Shown here: one piece after another, positions 56,701-64,000 of the stretch | Numbering within the stretch: position 1 is the stretch's first letter | Layout of the letters: the number at the start of each line of letters is the position of its first letter | Source of the DNA: Ramazzottius varieornatus | Lineage: Eukaryota > Animalia > Tardigrada | Assembly: GCA_001949185.1 (NCBI GenBank) | Contig: BDGG01000004.1 | Span: 3,363,625 to 3,427,624, forward strand | Length of the DNA stretch: 64,000 nucleotides | Reading direction: 5' to 3' | Made by a program: the position numbers and the translations under genes | Notes under the pieces: generated by a model | The model's input: the letters and a program-made list of their open reading frames with translations, nothing else | Told to the model about the DNA's origin: nothing | Database searches by the model: none

Positions 56701-58155
56701 GATACCAGCGATGATAACACTTCCACTGTAAGACAATATTGGTGTTCTCCATAAGATTTGGAATATCTGTGTTAAAACGAACTTCGTTATAGTCCAGCAG
56801 TGTCACGCCGCTGCTTTTGTCGTCCTGTGTGGAAATGCTCTGGGTTCACCCCAGTATCACTCCGTCCAAGGACAAGCCTCAACTTTGTGAAGCATTATGG
56901 ATGTTCTGCGGTGCTCATGGTATGAAAGTTTGGATGCCTCTGTTCGCGAAAGATGGAACGCGACGGAACACGTTCTTGTCAAGGCGCGTAATGCTGCCTG
57001 TGTGGCTCAGAATCATACCGCTTTGTGTACTCTTCGATGAAGCCATGATCATCGGAGCCGAGAGCGACTTCCTGTTTGAGTCCGGACCGGTGGACAGCTC
57101 AGCCAACCAACTTCCCTCTTTCAGCATAAACAGAACGGTAAGCAAAGTTCATTAATCATCTTTTTTCGTCTACGATGACAAAGTCGTATTGTAGCATGAT
57201 TACTTTGCCATTTTTGCAGAGCGAGGTGTATCTACCTCAAGCATTACGGCAGCTGCTCAGGAGAAACTTAGGAGCTCATGCACTCGAAATTGCTCAGACA
57301 TGCACAAAGCTCCCATATTTCAACCATTCGTTAGAGTTGTTGTTACATGAAGTGCTGGAGGAGGAAGGCACATCATCAGCGCCGATACCTGATCCACTGC
57401 TGCCCAGTGTCGTGGCATTCGTGCAAGAGTTCCCTGTGTTCCTACAAACCATCGCACACTGTGCCCGGAAGTCAGACATTGCCTTATGGCCGCGTCTGTT
57501 CATAGAAGCAGGCGAACCCATTGACCTGTTCCGAGAATGCCTAGACTCACAGCAGCTCGACGTTGCAGCGTCATTTCTAATAGTTCTAAACAGTACTCTG
57601 CCCACAGCGGCAGTCAGGAAACAAGCTACTGCGCTACTTGAGAAAGCACAGCAAGCGAGAAACACTGACTTAGCATCGGAAACTAGCAGGTTTCTGAAGG
57701 CGCTGGAACACGAGGAACAAGAAGGGCAGCGACATACACCGGATATGCCGTCCAGTAAGTCTCCTGGGGCACTGAGGACCAATCAGGATCCCATCGACCT
57801 GGGGAACCCAATGTCGCCACAGAGTTCCATGACGTTCAAGTATGGACCTCCTGTACGGAACAAGAGTGTGTCGGAATCGGCACATGGAATAAACCCGCTG
57901 AAGCGAGCTAGCAGTGTTCCGTACGCTGGTAAGGATGAACCGCACCTGAGGTCCGTTTCGGTGGTGGTACCTCCTATCATGAACGGTCTAGGCCAGAGCT
58001 CTACACTGCCGGGAGCTATGGATCGGCTGAGTTTAGGCGAGCATTCCTCGAATGGCGTATCTCATACATCGTCTGGAGCTTCGTTGACGTCGAAGAATGG
58101 ATGGAGTCGTCGGAGGTTTCCGGGACATGCTCAGCCTAAACAGATACTGACATAG
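53747..58155 (+). CDS. RIC1: RAB6 GEF complex subunit RIC1
   Basis: MYFINGFPK start, AVNHKYRLMAFG, WTPDGCALA, WSVFGALL, NWPLRY, AVAGRH, VTGGLLWW, CGAHGMKVWMPLF, YLPQALRQLLRRNLG, YFNHSLELLLHEVLEEE and HCARKSDIALW. The exact 3' end is less certain. Confidence 0.92.
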
Positions 58156-58846
58156 AGCAAAAAATAATATGTGCTTGACTAAATTATTACGGAATTATGA
58201 TCTTGTTGATTCTTTTCAATCACTCGGTGGCCTTGAGAAGCCTGGGCTAACTCCCAGTTTTATCGTGTAAAGCTTTATGGTTTACTTATATGAGTATGTT
58301 TCCTTACTCAAGGAGCGAAACTAGGGAGCTACCACAGCCGGCTGGGGTATCTGACCTCTAACCCTCCAGAAGAGCACAGCAGCGATGCGCCAAACATACG
58401 CGTGGGTATGGAAATCGATTTCACCGCAAGAAACAAAGATCGCGTATAGTCTACCAGAAACGAAACATTCGACTTGCGTTTTTCACGATCGGATGATTTA
58501 ACAAGTCTAAGAACAAAAGTAAAAGCTGACACAGGGGACGATTCACAAACTCCTTTCAGGCCTCGATTTCAAAACTCAGTCTAGCCTCCTAGATCAAGGA
58601 GGCGGACGGAATGTCCAGCGAGATAGCCGCACTGGACAAGAAACTCCCACTTTTAAACTCACTAAAGGAATTGCAGAGAGATATCTCTCGTACGCAAACG
58701 TACCCTCCGCTTTCAAAGTGCAACGCGTGAGAATGATGGTATTCCGAAGGATGGATCGAATGGTTTACTGTACCGTTCTGCCGCTATACCCGAACATCCT
58801 TTCCTCGACCCTGCCTTGGTGCGTGGTCAAAGTATTTTCTGTCGTC

Positions 58847-59005
58847 TAGAGTGAATTTGACAAAGCTTTGGTCGGACCAATTGGCCAATGGTCAAAACGG
58901 CCAAATTAACATGGGAGATTTTACCCATTGGTCAAAAATATTGACAAAAAGGTCAACTAAAAATTGGCCAATTGGTCCGACCAAAGTTTGGTCAGATCCA
59001 CTTTA
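58847..59005. mobile_element. Short MITE-like inverted repeat with TA ends
   Basis: 58847-58889 TAGAGTGAATTTGACAAAGCTTTGGTCGGACCAATTGGCCAAT versus the reverse complement of 58963-59005, TAAAGTGGATCTGACCAAACTTTGGTCGGACCAATTGGCCAAT. Internal TGGTCAA/TTGAC sub-repeats. Confidence 0.75.
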
Positions 59006-59382
59006 CGTCAAACGCTTCAGAAAGACCCTCCACAGTAAACAAGTGGGTTTTCTGCCGCCCGAAGTACTGGAAGAAATGTAAAAACTTTGAACTGATCCGC
59101 CAATGTTCTTGCACATTTTTGGTGCATTCAAAGATCTGGTCTTTTGTTAACATAATTCGCAAGTACTTTCCACAGAACAAAGATACTACTTTTTCAAAAG
59201 GGGCAAGAAAACGGTACCGGGGTGCAGAAAATAAGATATTTCATGAGCAACGAGGGAATGAGTGAGTTCATAGTCTTTGTTATAATTAAAATATTGATAC
59301 ATTTACAGCGATGGAAGAGTGTTGAGTGAGATTACCAAAACAAGCAACTGCGGAGATAAGGCTGTCGTTAGGTGGTTGTAGT

Positions 59383-61218
59383 TCAGGCGGCAACGTGTCC
59401 TTTTGCGTGGTAATAGTTGGCGGGAACGAAGGGCATCTTGACAACCTGTCCTTGGACATCTTGATTTCGTACGCGTATGTTGACTTTCGTACCATTTTTC
59501 GAAGATGGCGTTTCAACGTAGGCCATACTGATGTTTTTACCCAAAGTAGGTGATGGACATCCACTAGTGATCTTGCCAATAGGCTTTCCTTCTTGGTCCG
59601 TTACCGGATAACCTTCTACAAAACGCCGGCTTGGTAAGTTACGATCGTCGATTTTCATCTAAGACGTTCTGAAGACTTACGTCGAGCAGGAGCACCGGAA
59701 GACACGATTCCAACTCGTTTCATCGAAACACCATTCTTCAGCTGTCCTAAAATCACTTCGCTGCCCGGAAATCCGCCTTCGTTCCTCCTTCGCTTACCTA
59801 CACAACGACAGACCGCCTGTCGCGTATTTGGAAAAGGGAGTTGCTCTGCTCGACGAGGTACCCACCTATTGTCCACGACAGAGCCGCTTCCACAGGTGAC
59901 ACGTCCTCGTCAATATCGTTTCCATACAGGCACAAACCAGCTTCCAACCGTAAACTGTCCCGTGCTGCTAGGCCAGCCATCTTGACTTTTCCCTTGGAAG
60001 ATGCCAACAGCGTTTCGCACAGCGGTGTGGCGTCTTTGGCCAGGCAAGAAATCTAAAGAGAAACGGACTTCCAAGAGCCAAATACGTACTACCAAGACGT
60101 CATTTCGTACCTCAACCCCGTCTTCGCCCGTGTATCCACATCTTGTTATCCGGCACTTGAAACTAAGACAAGAGTACCGTCAGAAGTCGAACGAGATGGA
60201 GCTATCGAGCATTTAGGCCGAACATACTTGAATAAAGTTGTGAGCGTAGTGTGCATGAAAGGAAGTTTGATCAGCGAGTCGCTAGTCCCCGCTTCAAGGA
60301 CTTGCGCCATCTCCGGACCTGAGCAGGAAATCATAGGACGATTAATATTCTCATGGTTATTTATGGGATGTGAATGTTTTCAATGAGAGTGTCTAACCTT
60401 GAACGGCTAGTAGAGCCCGCTCTTCAGACTGCAGAAAGGCAATCTGTACGGCTTTCCCGCTTCTCTGATAGTCAGCGACCTTTCGGGACAAGTGCTCCAT
60501 GTCTTTCTTGGCACAACCAGCATTCAATACAATGTGAAGATATCCACGACTACGAAAGAGTTAGCGTCAGAACCAACTGAGCTCGGGTCGATTGTACGAG
60601 TTATATTTTGTGGTGCCTTGTGTTCATGAAAATCATATCGTCGATAATTCCGCCCTTTTCGTTAGTTAGGAGGCTAAGCTGACCACTGTTCTCCGGACAG
60701 TTCTTGACATCGGACACGCAAACCGACTCCAGAAACTCCAGTCGATCGTTACCAGACACAATGGCTTGCTGCCTGAAACAGTCACGATAAAGAAAACAAT
60801 GAAGTCACGGTAGAAAAGTCGCTCACATGTGAGAGACGTCGAAGATGGAAACGTGCTTCCGGGTATGAAGATGCGAGTCAATGATGGACTGGTCTTCATA
60901 CAGCAGCGGCATCTGCCAACCGGCAAAATCCACCATCTTTGCTTTGTGGCTTACGTGGAAGTCATAAAGCGGAGTTGCTTTCGGCTTTGTTTCCTGCAGA
61001 CAATTAGCAAAAACGACCAGTGAGTTTCTCATAAGAACGAAAATCTGAAATGTTCACAGGCTGCAGAGATTGCTCACCTTGGCCACCTTCCCAGGCTTTT
61101 TAGCGGTTTGGTTTGCTCTAGACACTCCCACAGAAAGCGGCTTGACGTTCGGTCTGCAGAAGCCGCGCGGACCAATCGTTTCTCCATACTTCTGCAGGAT
61201 GCGCCGTAAAGACGACAT
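59383..61218 (-). CDS. AMT: Aminomethyltransferase, mitochondrial (glycine cleavage T protein)
   Basis: Presequence, [76 protein letters not shown] and [10 protein letters not shown]. Confidence 0.95.
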
Positions 61219-61770
61219 GCTTGGCCGGAAGTGCAGATCTTCGAAGCGGTCTTTTCCCCTTGGCCGGACTGGGATAGCTCTCCTGATGCGATGAAGATGT
61301 CTTGCGTTCCAAGGAGCGTTGGCTAACCTGCAAAAGCAGACAACATTCAACTAAACAGGTCCTGAGTCCTGACTCCTCAGACTAAGGAGATCGAAAAAGA
61401 TGTCTCGTTATCAGCTGCAGCGGAACTGACTGGATCGGATCAGCTGATCAGGTGTTTTGGTTCTGGTCAGACCATCAATACGGAGATTGCGAAAACGCAA
61501 AATCTTGCGGTGAGCATGTCACGTTGATTGCTTGAAATGCGCCGACGGCTGTTCGAGTTTCTTTGCGCATATACGATTTGTTGCGATATCCAAACAAATT
61601 TTGTCGAAGAGTCCCTGATCTTGTTCTCTCTTACTTTGGGTTCTGTACCACCGCTACCAAGACATCTATCCTTCGGGAAATAAAAGCAGTAGTCACGCCG
61701 TTCTGACCCTTCAAATTTCTGTTTAGATCATACGATGAAATAAAAAGGGGACGACTAGGTTCCGGTCGCG

Positions 61771-64000
61771 ATGCAGCACTCGGATGAAGTGCGACAGCGG
61801 ATTGAAGCCAACAAGAAGGAAGCAGCTCGGCGGCTTGCTGCAACCCGCGAACGGCAGAATCGAGCTCTCAACGCTCAAAGAAATGCTGCGCCAGTCACCC
61901 AGAACGGCAGTCGAAGCTTGGACTCCTTTCCAGCTGGACCAAGAAATGGACAGAACAATAACATTCCGAACGGCGGCGTTCACACTCCCAACCCATTCGA
62001 CAATTATCCTGTCCGTGGTCCATCCGATCCAGCGCGACCAAACCTTGCCCCGAACTCCCATAGCTCCACTAACCCGTTTGCTCCTCGAGCGTCTTCTTTC
62101 CCTGTTAGAAATCCTGCGCCTGTGAGTGCTGGCTTCAATCCAGTTCTAGGAGACCCATCGAGGCTGAAGCCAATGTACGTCTCACTCCCACAACCACCTA
62201 CAGGACCGCAGTCGAAACCAGTCATTCCGCCAAAAGCTCCAGCTAACCGCATCATAGTGAAAGCTTCTCTTTTACCAAAAGGGCGATTCCTGGTGTCCAG
62301 CCCGTATTCCGTACAGTTGACGGAGCTGTGCAAACGTTTCAAGACAAGAAACTACAACCCTAAAGATCGCGCCTGGTCCTTCCACCTGTCGGACTACTCT
62401 TCATTCGAGAAAGCGGTGCAAGGTGAACTGAAAGCCTATGTCATTTGGGAAGGTCTGCCGAAGTTCATTCAAGAGGCGTTCGTCAAGGGCAAGTTCGCGG
62501 ACAAGACGGACGGTGTCGACCTGTCGGAAAAGATTCCGCCGGCGTTGCTGAACGCGCTGCTCCCGTACCAAGTGGTTGGTGTACGTTTCGCCGTGAGCAA
62601 TGCGGGAAGAGTTCTCATCGCTGACGATATGGGGCTGGGCAAGACTATCCAGGCGATCGCCACAGCTCAGTACTTTCAAGAGTTCCCCGTCCTTTGTGTC
62701 GCACCGAGGTAATTACAGATTAGCATGCAGTGTTCTTTAGCCTCAAATATGGTTTTGGCACTGTACGTGTCATAAAACCGTCTTCTTAATTACGGTTGTT
62801 TTTTCACAGCTCGATGCGTTTCGAATGGAAGGAGCAATGGTTGAGGTGAGCTTTTCGTTACAACCGAAAAGGAACATAGATGTTCCCTTGAACGTCCAAA
62901 AGAATGGACTAGATGATATTATAAGAAGTCGAAAGCGTTTTTCTCTGTTTTTTAGATGGTGTCCACAGCTGAAAAACTGCGACGTGCTAGTTGTGACGAG
63001 CCGTAACCAAATTGATTCTTCCACGAGCGCAAAGATTATCATATCGACCTACGATCTGTTGTCTGGTGTACAGAAAGACCTGATGCAGATTGGAGTTCCT
63101 ACCGTAATCTGTGATGAGAGCCATTCTCTAAAGACGTACAAAGCTGCGCGGACCAAAGCCGCCATGGAAATCTGCAAGTCAGCCAAGCACATTCTTCTCC
63201 TCTCCGGTACTCCGGCCTTGTCTCGCCCACAAGAGCTGTATTCACAGTTAGAGATTATCGACAAGCAGCTGTTCAAGTCGTTTCCCGAATTCGGACGGCG
63301 GTACTGTAATGGACACATGAGCAACCGTGGCTTCATGGATTACAGCGGCAAGTCCAACACGGAAGAACTGCAGGTTCGAATTCCGGTCGTGTTTACGTCT
63401 ATCTCGATGTTGGTTTCTGATATGATAGTTGCTTATATGCAGCTGATGTTGGAGAGTACGGTGATGATTCGCAGACTGAAGAAGGATGTGGCGAACCAGC
63501 TGCGGGAAAAGAGCCGGAAAGTAGTTCTGCTCGATCCTGACATTGTCCAGTTCGATACGAAAGAACTGACCGAGTCACAAGAACATTTCAGACGGCAGAC
63601 AAGCTCGAAGACCGCCAGTCATCACGAAAAGCGTGGATCTCTCCTGAATTATTACCAGCAAACCGGAAAAGCCAAAGTTCCTGCAGTCATACAGTATTTG
63701 CAGGTCCGTCAGTTTCCGGGTTACCTTCGTTGGATTATGCTTTTAGTGTACATTTTACAGCAACTGATGGAGGGCAACGAAACGCTGAAAGTTGTGATCT
63801 TCGCCCACCATAATTACGTTCTGAGCCAGCTCTATGGTGCGCTGTCGGAGACCTATCGTGGAATACGTATCGATGGGTCGACGGCACCGGAGGACCGTAA
63901 AGTCCTCTGTGATACTTTCCAACAGGATGACAACTGTCGGATCGCGGTTCTCTCCATCACGGCCTGTTCAACCGGTCTCACCTTGACTGCTGCTTCGGTC
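61771..64000 (+). CDS. SMARCAL1: SMARCAL1 annealing helicase (3' end beyond the window)
   Basis: N-terminal RPA32-binding motif RQRIEANKKEAARR, a single HARP domain (GRFLVSSPY...YNPKDRAWSF.LSDY), and SNF2 motifs LLPYQ, LIADDMGLGKTIQA, DESH, LSGTPALSRP, RRLKKDV, IRIDGST and AVLSIT. Confidence 0.94.

Noticed and set aside
58330-58760. Possible extra RIC1 3' exon or small gene
   Set aside because: All frames close quickly and no RIC1-like motif is seen.

Overview
Gene-dense eukaryotic (metazoan, invertebrate) genomic DNA with roughly balanced GC and many short spliceosomal introns (mostly about 55-150 nt). The six-frame ORF track therefore shows only exon fragments. This style fits a compact invertebrate genome such as a tardigrade, but that is an inference. 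Splicing exons by hand gives about 21 protein-coding loci, in order: a divergent ANTP-class homeobox gene, two tandem adenosine kinases, a REDIC1/HEIP1-like orphan, a divergent PP1 catalytic subunit, MRPS16, SYAP1, ATP5MK/DAPIT, MTRES1, a broken chromoshadow-like gene, cathepsin L, quaking/how, TMEM35/NACHO, DOCK-A (mbc), TONSL, NDUFA6, HDHD2, DPYD, a standalone chromo-barrel/Tudor-knot gene, RIC1, AMT and SMARCAL1 (truncated by the window end). Non-coding structure includes two MITE-like inverted repeats, a promoter-region palindrome, a recurrent GTCATGTCAT upstream motif and four GC-AG introns. I found no rRNA, tRNA or CRISPR features and no single operon-like novel system. The best leads are the orphan chromatin-reader and meiosis genes, the quaking long/short C-terminal switch, and the candidate promoter motif. 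All homology calls are from recalled family motifs, not database searches. CDS coordinates span start to stop including introns.
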